From the NCBI GenBank assembly GCA_016930535.1, contig JAFGGN010000117.1, forward strand, positions 1-50,006: DNA of 50,006 bases, written 5' to 3'. Origin of the DNA: a bacterium. Its GTDB lineage: Bacteria; Zhuqueibacterota; QNDG01; JAFGCO01. Below the pieces are notes generated by a model. The model worked only from the letters and a program-made list of their open reading frames with translations. It did not search any database and was not told the origin of the DNA. This document shows, piece after piece, positions 1 through 7,632 of the stretch. The first letter of the stretch is position 1. Every line of letters starts with the position of its first letter. The position numbers were made by a program, and so were the translations under genes.

Positions 1-31
1 GGAAGAACGGTAAATGGTACAATTATAGAAC

Positions 32-64
32 AAAAAAAATCCCCGTAACTTTTCAGTTACGGGG
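32..64 (-). terminator. Rho-independent terminator closing the minus-strand tRNA operon
   Basis: Hairpin ccccgtaac/gttacgggg at 41-64 with an A-run at 32-39 (a U-tract on the minus-strand transcript), directly downstream of tRNA-Glu. Confidence 0.6.
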
Positions 65-73
65 ATAATTCAG

Positions 74-145
74 CCTCCCCTAGGGGACTCGAACCCCTGC
101 TGCAGGATCGAAAATCCTGAGTCCTAACCACTAGACGAAGGGGAG
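74..145 (-). tRNA. tRNA-Glu (anticodon TTC)
   Basis: Reverse complement folds as a cloverleaf. Acceptor CTCCCCT/AGGGGAG, D-arm GTC-TAGTGGTTAG-GAC, anticodon stem CAGGA/TCCTG with loop TTTTCGA (anticodon TTC), T-loop TTCGAGT, discriminator G. Strong resemblance to bacterial tRNA-Glu. CCA is not encoded. Confidence 0.8.
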
Positions 146-194
146 GTTGTTACTGTATTCGATGTAAAGAACGTCTGTTTCCGTGTTACGCCAG

Positions 195-270
195 GGTGAG
201 TAACGGGACTCGAACCCGTGACCTCCAGGGCCACAACCTGGCGCTCTAACCAAGCTGAGCTATACCCACC
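195..270 (-). tRNA. tRNA-His (anticodon GTG)
   Basis: Reverse complement reads GGTGGGTATAGCTCAGCTTGGTTAGAGCGCCAGGTTGTGGCCCTGGAGGTCACGGGTTCGAGTCCCGTTACTCACC. An extra G at -1 pairs with discriminator C73, which is diagnostic for His. D-stem GCTC/GAGC, anticodon loop TTGTGGC. Confidence 0.8.
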
Positions 271-426
271 GTTTTCGGTCGAATAATATATGAAAATAAT
301 GGCGCGGACGCAAGCAAAATTTTCATCGTAAAAAAATGCCCCGGCAAATGTACCGGAGCATTTTAATGCCATGAAAAGAGCCGGTCCGTAAGGGACCGTC
401 CCTTCCCGCCTGAATGTCCTTCCTGT

Positions 427-636
427 TCAGCTGACCAGATTATGCACTTCGGGACGCGGATCTTTGACCTTGGTGAACCTGCGCCGCGGATCTTCATGTT
501 CCAGAAAATTCAGGCGCCGTCTCAAAACACCGTTTTCACGCATCAGATTGGTTTTCGAACCGTAGGCAAGAACCGCCATGCCCATCATGCCGCATAATCC
601 GCCGACCAAAAAAGCAATTGCACACCAGCCTAACAT
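427..636 (-). CDS. Hypothetical small membrane protein (69 aa, N-terminal TM helix, basic C-terminus)
   Basis: ORF with a hydrophobic N-terminus (CAIAFLVGGLCGMMGMAVLAY). A hairpin cggtcc-gtaag-ggaccg with a T-run lies downstream on the minus strand (about 380-400), terminator-like. No family recognised. Confidence 0.4.
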   Translation of the reverse strand: MLGWCAIAFLVGGLCGMMGMAVLAYGSKTNLMRENGVLRRRLNFLEHEDPRRRFTKVKDPRPEVHNLVS

Positions 637-1056
637 AGCGCTACCCTCAATGTGTAATGGTTAAACCCCGTTTTCAATTCCAAATCGCAATGATTTTCAT
701 CCATCATCGCACATTCTCAGTCGTTGCAAGGATTGTTCCGTTTTTTACATTTTCTTCACATTTTCATATCTACTGAATTGTCTACAAAAACAGCGCCATG
801 AAATCGAAATCGCTAAACATTTTAAATTCATGGCTTTATTTATCTGTGAAAAATTCCGAACCAGGTTCAGAAACACAGCCCGCATAGAAGTCCCGGCCCC
901 TGCACCCCTTTGCGGAGAACCCCGGACCGTGCCGGATTGCGGCAACATTTTCCGCGGTCCCGATGCAGCGAACTGTAAAATTTTCCGGTTCTTTTCCGCA
1001 CCGGATTTCAGGCCGGGAAATCCAGGAACATGCGGAAACGGTCCGGCGTAAAATTT

Positions 1057-1085
1057 GAGAAAACTTTTTTTAAACCCCAAGCGTC
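1057..1085 (+). promoter_or_regulatory. Putative ECF-type autoregulatory promoter upstream of sigma gene 1 (GAGAAAAC-N17-CGTC)
   Basis: An AAAC motif followed by a T-run, then 17 nt, then CGTCTTA, about 35 nt upstream of the ATG. The same architecture recurs upstream of sigma gene 2 (3684-3708). It fits the ECF consensus class AAC-N16/17-CGTC. Confidence 0.4.
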
Positions 1086-1122
1086 TTAATATCGAGAGAC
1101 AGGAAAAAGGGAAAGTGTCCAA

Positions 1123-1725
1123 ATGACTGATGCCGCTTTGATCGCGCGCTATTTGAAGGGCGATATGAATGCGTTCAACACATTGATCTGGCGATGGGAG
1201 AAGCCGCTGTACAACTTCATCCTCCGGATCATGGGCAACCGTGAAATTGCAAAGGATCTGTGCCAGACGGTATTCATACGCATGTACAAACAACTGAAGA
1301 CATTGAACGATCATGAGCGGTTCTCGTCATGGGTATACAGGATCGCCCTGAATTTATGCAAGGACGAGCTCAAGAAAAAAAGCCGGCACCGGCTGCTTTC
1401 CTTGGATGCCATGACGGACGAGGATCCGGACCGCGATCAGTGCAAAAAACAGTTCACGGACGAGAACGCGCTGACACCAGAGGATCTCATGCATCATAAA
1501 CAGGTAGAACGTATCATTAAAACGGCCCTGAAGCAGATTCCCGAAGAACAGCGCGTTGTGATCGTCATGAAACAGTATCAGGGGCTCAAGTTCACGGAAA
1601 TCGCGGATATTCTGGATGAACCGATCAATACCATCAAATCCCGTCTCTACTACGGCCTCAGGGCCATGAAAAAAGTGCTGGAAGAATCCAATCTTGGCAA
1701 GGAGGTGTTGCTCAATGAAATGTGA
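1123..1725 (+). CDS. RNA polymerase sigma-70 factor, ECF subfamily
   Basis: 200 aa with region 2 (YNFILRIMGNREIAKDLCQTVFIRMYKQL...FSSWVYRIALNLCKD) and region 4 (VVIVMKQYQGLKFTEIADILDEPINTIKSRLYYGLRAM). Confidence 0.9.
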   Translation: MTDAALIARYLKGDMNAFNTLIWRWEKPLYNFILRIMGNREIAKDLCQTVFIRMYKQLKTLNDHERFSSWVYRIALNLCKDELKKKSRHRLLSLDAMTDEDPDRDQCKKQFTDENALTPEDLMHHKQVERIIKTALKQIPEEQRVVIVMKQYQGLKFTEIADILDEPINTIKSRLYYGLRAMKKVLEESNLGKEVLLNEM

Positions 1726-2383
1726 TATGGCTCCGGAATCGCTCGTCTCTTTACTGTACGCCGACGCCGAAGGTGAAGAAGAGCATAAAATCCGAAAACA
1801 TCTGGAGGAGTGCGAGGATTGCCGTCGAACATTTCAGGAGTTGCAGGAGACCACGGAAATTCTCGGAAAATGGGAGGACGAGATCCCCGCGCTCAAAACC
1901 GTTTTCGTACAGGAACCGGTTTCCGCCTGGACCTCATGGAAGGAACGGTTGTGGGGAAAACCCTCGAATCGCCTGGCCTGGGGCCTTCCCGTGCTTGTCG
2001 GCGCCGTGCTGATCTTTCTTTTCGCGTTTCAGTTCCAGGCCGGCTACGAGAACGGCAAATGGCATGTCTCGTTCGGGAAAAAAGGCCTATCCGAAAAACA
2101 GCTCGAATCCCGCATGGAAACGATGCTCGCCGAATGGCAGTCCCGGAACACGGAACAGCTGGTGCAGCTGATCCAGGAGAGCGAAACGCGCCAGCGTATG
2201 AATTTTACCATGGCGATCAATGATTATGCCCAGCAGCAGGAAATGAAAAGACGCCAGGATCTGCTTCTCGTGGGGCAGGGACTGGAGGGACTGCAGCGGC
2301 AGACCGAGGGCCGGTACTATCAGACAAGCACGCTGATCAATGACCTGATCCGCATGAGCAATTCACCGGCTCCGCAGCCGTAG
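1715..2383 (+). CDS. Zinc-finger anti-sigma factor (HxxxCxxC motif, single TM)
   Basis: Start MKCDMAPES overlaps the sigma stop, indicating translational coupling. Motif HLEECEDCRR. TM helix WGLPVLVGAVLIFLFAF. Coiled-coil C-terminus. Confidence 0.7.
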   Translation: MKCDMAPESLVSLLYADAEGEEEHKIRKHLEECEDCRRTFQELQETTEILGKWEDEIPALKTVFVQEPVSAWTSWKERLWGKPSNRLAWGLPVLVGAVLIFLFAFQFQAGYENGKWHVSFGKKGLSEKQLESRMETMLAEWQSRNTEQLVQLIQESETRQRMNFTMAINDYAQQQEMKRRQDLLLVGQGLEGLQRQTEGRYYQTSTLINDLIRMSNSPAPQP

Positions 2384-2409
2384 AACCGAGAAAGTGAGGT
2401 GACTGAAAC

Positions 2410-3591
2410 ATGATTCATCGTTTCCGTTTTGTAATATCCGCCGTTCTTGTCTTGCTGGCTTTGCCCGTTCTGCTTCCGGCTCAATACGCGGAAACCGACT
2501 CGTTCCGCCTGAAGCGCGATCTGCGCATCATGGAAGGCATTCTCGATAAACTGATCGACCGGCAACAGGTGGACATGCGCATGCCGGGCGTTTCGAAGGG
2601 CATTTATATTCCGGAATACGGCATGATTTTCTACATGAAAAAAATCCAGCCGTATGAGCCCGTCATGCTGAAGGCACTGGAACAGAATCTGAACCAGGTA
2701 CTGGTCAATCAGGCCGGGTCCGGTCAAAAAAGGCGGCCGCAGACGGCCGGGGAACCGGTTTTCCGGGTTCAGGGTGAACATTACGAAAAATTCCGTCAAG
2801 AGACTGAAAAACTCGAAAAAGAAGCCCTGGATCACATGCAGGACGGTATCATCGAATTCTTGAGCAATTATGCTTCTTCAATGTCGCTGTTAAAGGACAG
2901 GGACAAAATTGCAGTGCTGGTCCATCTGGAAGGCTGGCGGTCCCTGCCGGATCAAAACGGATTCATGACCGCCTGGATCGACCGGAAACAGGCGGAAACA
3001 CTCAGACAATCCCGGGCCGCCGATGCCGATGCCAGATCCGGTATTCATATCGATATGAAATCCGATGACACAAATATGAAAAAAGATATCGATATCATGA
3101 CCGAAATACTGAATCAGGCCATGACCACCGGTCCGAATCCGCAGTATGCATCTACGTCCGGACTTTATATGAAAGGGCTCGGCGCCCTGATATTCATGGA
3201 AATACAGCCAGCCCTCTGGTTCGGCAACATGGACTCCCTGTTTTCCGTGGTGATTCACAACAGCGGCGATGCGGTTTCCGGGTACAGCTTCACGGCCAAT
3301 GCGGGCATCAGCGCCCGTCCGGGCGGACAACAGGGCAACCGGGCCCAGTTGAATAAACTCCGGGACGAACTGTTCGACCTGATGGCTTCATACGGACACA
3401 CGCTCAAGCTGAAACCGGACGAGCAGATCATCATCGATGTGAATTTGGGATCCAACTTCACTTTGATCGGATTCAACAACGATCCGACCAACATGAGGCT
3501 GCAGCTCACAAAACGATACCTGGACGATTACAATGAAAGAAAGATCGGACTCAAGGATTTAAAGAAAAAACTGATTGTTCAGTATTTATAA
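2410..3591 (+). CDS. Secreted hypothetical protein (signal peptide), third gene of the sigma/anti-sigma operon
   Basis: 393 aa with N-terminal signal peptide VISAVLVLLALPVLLPAQYA. RBS gaggtg upstream. No recognisable family. Confidence 0.7.
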   Translation: MIHRFRFVISAVLVLLALPVLLPAQYAETDSFRLKRDLRIMEGILDKLIDRQQVDMRMPGVSKGIYIPEYGMIFYMKKIQPYEPVMLKALEQNLNQVLVNQAGSGQKRRPQTAGEPVFRVQGEHYEKFRQETEKLEKEALDHMQDGIIEFLSNYASSMSLLKDRDKIAVLVHLEGWRSLPDQNGFMTAWIDRKQAETLRQSRAADADARSGIHIDMKSDDTNMKKDIDIMTEILNQAMTTGPNPQYASTSGLYMKGLGALIFMEIQPALWFGNMDSLFSVVIHNSGDAVSGYSFTANAGISARPGGQQGNRAQLNKLRDELFDLMASYGHTLKLKPDEQIIIDVNLGSNFTLIGFNNDPTNMRLQLTKRYLDDYNERKIGLKDLKKKLIVQYL

Positions 3592-3612
3592 TTCCTTCTC
3601 CAAGTTCCCCGA

Positions 3613-3650
3613 AAAAGCCTCATGATTTTTCATTCATGAGGCTTTTTCCT
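3613..3650 (+). terminator. Rho-independent terminator
   Basis: Perfect stem gcctcatga/tcatgaggc followed by TTTTTCC, directly after the stop of the 2410-3591 gene. Confidence 0.75.
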
Positions 3651-3683
3651 TGTCTCTGAGCTGAAAATTCCGCACATTGTTGC

Positions 3684-3708
3684 AAACCTTTTTTATTATT
3701 ACACTGTC
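3684..3708 (+). promoter_or_regulatory. Putative ECF-type promoter upstream of sigma gene 2 (GCAAAC-N17-TGTC)
   Basis: CAAAC plus T-run, 17 nt, then TGTCC. Same architecture as 1057-1085. Lies between the terminator and the sigma-2 ATGs. Confidence 0.4.
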
Positions 3709-3715
3709 CAAACCT

Positions 3716-4303
3716 ATGAAGATGAAAGAAACGGCCATGCAAATGCCCGGGGATCTGATTCGAAAAGCACAGCAGGGTGATCCCGATGCCTTTCAGGAGC
3801 TTGTCCGCCTGCATGACAGGAAGGTCATGGGACTGGCCTGCCGTATGCTCGGGAATATTCAGGATGCAGAAGATGTCTATCAGGAAGTGTTTATGCGCGT
3901 TTACAGCAACATCCGGAATTTTCAGCACAAAAGCAGCTTCGAAACCTGGCTGTACAGGATCGTGGTCAACACCGTGATCAATTTCAGACGGTCAAGCAAA
4001 AGGCATCGCGGCTTCACCTCCATTTCGGACCAGTTCGAAAAAACTGCGGCCTGGTCGCCGATGGATGAAAAGCCGCTGCCGGATGAAATTGTCATGAATC
4101 AGGAAATCCTGAAAAACATTCATGACGCGCTCGACCGGCTGACCATGATTCAGCGTACCGTATTCACCTTGCGTTTTTATCAGGAATTCAAGATCAACGA
4201 GATTGCGGACATTCTGGAATGCACGGAAGGAACCATCAAAAACACCCTGTTCCGCAGCATCCGGAAGATGCGCCAGGCACTTTCCGTATATCAAACTGAA
4301 TGA
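3716..4303 (+). CDS. RNA polymerase sigma-70 factor, ECF subfamily (second copy)
   Basis: Regions 2 and 4 are recognisable (DAEDVYQEVFMRVYSNIRNF...FETWLYRIVVNTVINFRR; FTLRFYQEFKINEIADILECTEGTIKNTLFRSIRKM). The start is ambiguous: candidate ATGs at 3716, 3722 and 3737. The 3677 ATG in the ORF track lies upstream of the putative promoter. Confidence 0.85.
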   Translation: MKMKETAMQMPGDLIRKAQQGDPDAFQELVRLHDRKVMGLACRMLGNIQDAEDVYQEVFMRVYSNIRNFQHKSSFETWLYRIVVNTVINFRRSSKRHRGFTSISDQFEKTAAWSPMDEKPLPDEIVMNQEILKNIHDALDRLTMIQRTVFTLRFYQEFKINEIADILECTEGTIKNTLFRSIRKMRQALSVYQTE

Positions 4304-4318
4304 TTCGAGGAGTCGACC

Positions 4319-5236
4319 ATGTCAGTCAAGCATCTTTCCGAGGACCAGACGTTATCATATGCCCTGAACACCTGCAACTTTCAGGAAATGGCGGAGATCG
4401 AATCCCATCTCGAAAATTGCCCGGAATGCCGGGCACGGTGTGATCAGGCCGGAAAATGGGCGGGCCTGTTCGGACGCCGGGAAATATTTCCGGTGGAAGA
4501 GGAAAACCTCATCCGTGCACGGAACCGCCTGGATGCCGGCCTGCAAAAATCGCCCGCTCAGGCCCGAAAATCCCTGGCGGCATTCCTGAATATCCGCATC
4601 CCTTCGCATATCCGTACGCGGCACCTGGCCATGGCCGCGCTGCTCTTTATCGGCGGCATGCTGGCCGGGCATTATATGAGGCCCGGTCAGACAGATCCGC
4701 AAACCAGCCTGCTTGCGGCGCTTCAGTCCGGAAATCCGGATTTCAGAATCATCCGGTCCGAAACGGATCCGAATCAGGTGGAAATCCGGCTGAGAAGCAT
4801 GGAAGAAAAAGCATACCGGGGCGATATCCGCGACCCGGAAATCCAGAAGGCCCTGGCATATTCCCTGATCTCGGAGGAACGCGACAATGTGCGCATGCAG
4901 ACGCTGGACATGATTCAGCTGGCCTCCCAGAACGAGACCACGGAAAATGCGCTGCTGAATACCCTGGCCAACGATCCGAATCCGGGTATGCGATACCGGG
5001 CCGTCAAGCTGTTAAAACAATTCCCGGTCAATGATGAAATGATCGACCTGCTTATCCGGGTCCTGTTCCAGGAGTCGAATCCCGGCGTCCGTATTCAGGT
5101 CACTGAAACTTTGCTCAGGTCCGGAGATCCGGAGGTATTGCCTGTTCTGCGTAAAAAGGCCGAGAAGGACGAGTACGTCAGGTACGTGCTCGAAGCCGCT
5201 GAAACAGAAAAGGCCCTGTCTGTCAGTCATGACTGA
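4319..5236 (+). CDS. Zinc-finger anti-sigma factor with C-terminal HEAT/PBS-lyase-like repeats
   Basis: Motif HLENCPECRARC. TM helix HLAMAALLFIGGMLAGHYM. C-terminal repeats DPNPGMRYRAVKLL / ESNPGVRIQVTETLLRSGDPE. Confidence 0.7.
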   Translation: MSVKHLSEDQTLSYALNTCNFQEMAEIESHLENCPECRARCDQAGKWAGLFGRREIFPVEEENLIRARNRLDAGLQKSPAQARKSLAAFLNIRIPSHIRTRHLAMAALLFIGGMLAGHYMRPGQTDPQTSLLAALQSGNPDFRIIRSETDPNQVEIRLRSMEEKAYRGDIRDPEIQKALAYSLISEERDNVRMQTLDMIQLASQNETTENALLNTLANDPNPGMRYRAVKLLKQFPVNDEMIDLLIRVLFQESNPGVRIQVTETLLRSGDPEVLPVLRKKAEKDEYVRYVLEAAETEKALSVSHD

Positions 5237-5264
5237 AATTCGACAATAGAAAAGGAGAAACACA

Positions 5265-6401
5265 ATGAAACGCATCAGAATCATCCACAGCCTGATACCT
5301 GTACTGTTGGTGGCCGTCACGGCAGCCAACGCGCAGGCGCTTGAAAAAAAGAACGACTACTGGCAGCTGAAAACCGAAAAAAACTTTCCGGTCAAATCCG
5401 GCGGCACGCTGAAGCTGGAGGAAATCAGCGGGGACGTCGAAATCGATGTCTGGGAGAAAAACGAGGTTCAGATCAGAGCAATCTATCATTTCAATGTGAT
5501 CACGAGGGATGAGGCGGAAGCACTGTCCAAAAATTTTGAAGTTGAATACCGGAACTCGGACAACCGGGTCACCATTTCAGCGCCCGAGGTGCATAAACAG
5601 TCCGTGTATGTGGATTATGAGATCCTGTTACCTAAAAAATTCAACTGCGATATCGAGGTGCAGGGCGGCGATCTCAGCATTCAAAATGTGGACGGGAGCG
5701 TGAATGGAAAAGTCGGAGGGGGCGATGTGGAACTGTCCGGACTGACCGGCCCGCTGAATATCGACGTGGGCGGCGGCGATGTGGAAATCGATGGATGCCG
5801 CAAGGATATCGACCTGAATCTCGGCGGCGGCGATCTGGAAATCCACAATGCCGGAGGGGCCATGACGATGAATGTCGGCGGGGGTGATGTGGAAATCAAG
5901 GACAGCGAGGGACCGGTCACACTGAACCTTGGCGGCGGCGATCTGGAGATATCGGGCCTCGGCAAAAATGTGGATCTCAAGGTCGGCGGCGGTGATGTGG
6001 AATTGAAAGAAATCAAAGGCGGGCTGACATGCCAGCTGGGCGGAGGAAGCACTTCGCTGAAAGACATTTATGGTGCTGTCAAGGTCCAGAACGGCGGCGG
6101 AGACATTGAAATGGCTCTTTCTTCCCGGGTTTCCGTCAAATCCCCGATCACGCTGGAAACGGGCATGGGCGATATCGAACTCAGCCTGCCTGCGGACGTG
6201 AAAGCCTCATTGCGCGTGGAAGTGAAAAAGATGTCCGGATATTCGGATGAAGAAATCGATTCGGATTTCCCGCTGAATGTGTCTTCCAGTGAGAAAAGCA
6301 GCAATACCGTGATTGCCGAAGCCGAGCTGAACGGCGGCGGCGCTCAGATTCTCCTCAAGACAAAGGGAGGCAGCGTCTCGATTGAAAAGGACAACGACTG
6401 A
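5265..6401 (+). CDS. DUF4097-like putative adhesin / beta-helix protein with 8x GGGD[VL]E[IL] repeats, secreted
   Basis: Signal peptide at the N-terminus. Repeated 17-19-aa units (xxGGGDVEIxGxxGxLxL) are visible as the DNA periodicity ggcggcggcgatstggaa. The sigma / anti-sigma / DUF4097 neighbourhood is a known conserved triad (LiaF/YvlB type). Confidence 0.7.
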   Translation: MKRIRIIHSLIPVLLVAVTAANAQALEKKNDYWQLKTEKNFPVKSGGTLKLEEISGDVEIDVWEKNEVQIRAIYHFNVITRDEAEALSKNFEVEYRNSDNRVTISAPEVHKQSVYVDYEILLPKKFNCDIEVQGGDLSIQNVDGSVNGKVGGGDVELSGLTGPLNIDVGGGDVEIDGCRKDIDLNLGGGDLEIHNAGGAMTMNVGGGDVEIKDSEGPVTLNLGGGDLEISGLGKNVDLKVGGGDVELKEIKGGLTCQLGGGSTSLKDIYGAVKVQNGGGDIEMALSSRVSVKSPITLETGMGDIELSLPADVKASLRVEVKKMSGYSDEEIDSDFPLNVSSSEKSSNTVIAEAELNGGGAQILLKTKGGSVSIEKDND

Positions 6402-6435
6402 CGGGGCCTGTCATAAAATAACCGGATTGTAAAAA

Positions 6436-6458
6436 GCCCCGCCCCGGCGGGGTTTTTT
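6436..6458 (+). terminator. Rho-independent terminator
   Basis: GC-rich hairpin ccccgcc..ggcgggg followed by TTTTTT. Confidence 0.7.
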
Positions 6459-6867
6459 CATGCAGCGGCGGCAAAAAACAGAGGCACTTTGTGTTTCACA
6501 ATGAAACACTTGCCCATCTTGAAACACTTGTTTCCGCCGGCGGGAGAATATTTGAGGATCATGATTTCAGAATCTGTTGAAAAGTCCCGTTTTTTGCCAT
6601 TGTATTATTTTATTAGAATATTTCTTATTATTTGTTTTTATTTTATTTACAATTTTAGTCAAAAATCATTTGTTACATTTTCTTAAAATTCCGGAAAATC
6701 ATTTTTTACTTTGATCTCTGGCATAACTTTTGTAAATTCAAATGAACAGAATATAAACTCGGTAGCAATAGATTCCCCCTAAGGCGCCCCCGATGGGATG
6801 TGGCACAACGCAATAACCTGTCGGGGGATTTTTTTATTCTTATCCGAAGGATTCATTTTTCAGTGAT

Positions 6868-7200
6868 ATGAAACGGAGCCTCGGAGAGTCGATGAAACGG
6901 AGATGATAACAATGTCAATCACCGTCTCTCCCCGTCTCCGGTTCTCCGAAGCATTCGCGGTCCGCAGTATTTTTTAGGGGATGGGTAGCGGGGACCCATA
7001 TACGCGTCTGCCCTTCTACTGGTTTTCGCGGTCCGCGGTCCGCCGTCAGCGGTCTGATTGTGTTTGGAATTTAGAATTTGTTGTTTATGATTTATTTGTT
7101 TTTTGGGATTTGAGATTTGTGATTTACCTGCCGTCAGCGGTCTTATCCACCCATATACCCATACACTCATATACCCTTATACCCTTATACTCTTCCACCC
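6868..7200 (-). repeat. Mosaic intergenic repeat element R1 (reverse orientation)
   Basis: Contains the inverted core tcaccgtctctccccgtctccggttctccgaagcattc, gcggtccgc heptamers, the module ggggatgggtagcggggaccc, caaat-period repeats and tatgggt-type octamers. Same modules and order as R4 and R6. Confidence 0.8.
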
Positions 7201-7580
7201 TTCAACATCCTTACACCCATCCACCCCAGGACACTGCCGGTCACATAATACGGAAAATCGAGCCAGGTGAACGTATCGCCCAGCAGCGTACGGCCGATCA
7301 ATGTCGCCCGGATAGCGGTGAGGAACGGCGGATGCCAAAGCTGAAGACATTCCAGAACCGATGTGGCCAGAAACACGATCACGGAGATACGGACCGGATG
7401 TGCTTTGGGAAACACAGCGGCGGCGGCCAGGCACCAGAAAATTTCATACAGCACACCGCCCAGAGACTGACTGACCCAGATTTTGCCGAATCCATGATAA
7501 TGCTTGGTGTAAAATCCAAGCGGAACGAGAAAAATCAGAACGCACAGAATCCGGAGCCTGAACCGGCTTGTATTATCCAT
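7185..7580 (-). CDS. Small polytopic membrane protein (possibly DUF2809-like)
   Basis: 131 aa with 3-4 hydrophobic helices. The family assignment is from memory and tentative. The 3' end abuts or overlaps repeat R1. Confidence 0.5.
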   Translation of the reverse strand: MDNTSRFRLRILCVLIFLVPLGFYTKHYHGFGKIWVSQSLGGVLYEIFWCLAAAAVFPKAHPVRISVIVFLATSVLECLQLWHPPFLTAIRATLIGRTLLGDTFTWLDFPYYVTGSVLGWMGVRMLKGGRV

Positions 7581-7632
7581 AAAATCCCTCAGTCAGATTT
7601 GCATGGTAAGCACGATAATAAAATTTCTGTAA

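Noticed and set aside
124-372. 82-aa minus-strand ORF
   Set aside because: Lies entirely over the tRNA-Glu/tRNA-His genes and their spacer, so it is a spurious reading frame.
745-1314. 189-aa minus-strand ORF and 73-aa plus ORF (830-1051)
   Set aside because: Overlap the promoter region and 5' half of the well-supported ECF sigma gene. No RBS, and the composition is low-complexity.
5681-6067. 128-aa 'SPPP'-rich antisense ORF and neighbouring antisense ORFs 5628-5846 and 6068-6304
   Set aside because: They are frame shadows of the GGCGGCGGCGAT periodicity of the DUF4097 repeat gene.
6489-6686. 65-aa ORF in the AT-rich gap
   Set aside because: Low-complexity, with an Ile/Phe/Tyr-rich tail from the A/T tract. 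No RBS. Kept only as a note in the AT-rich-gap finding.
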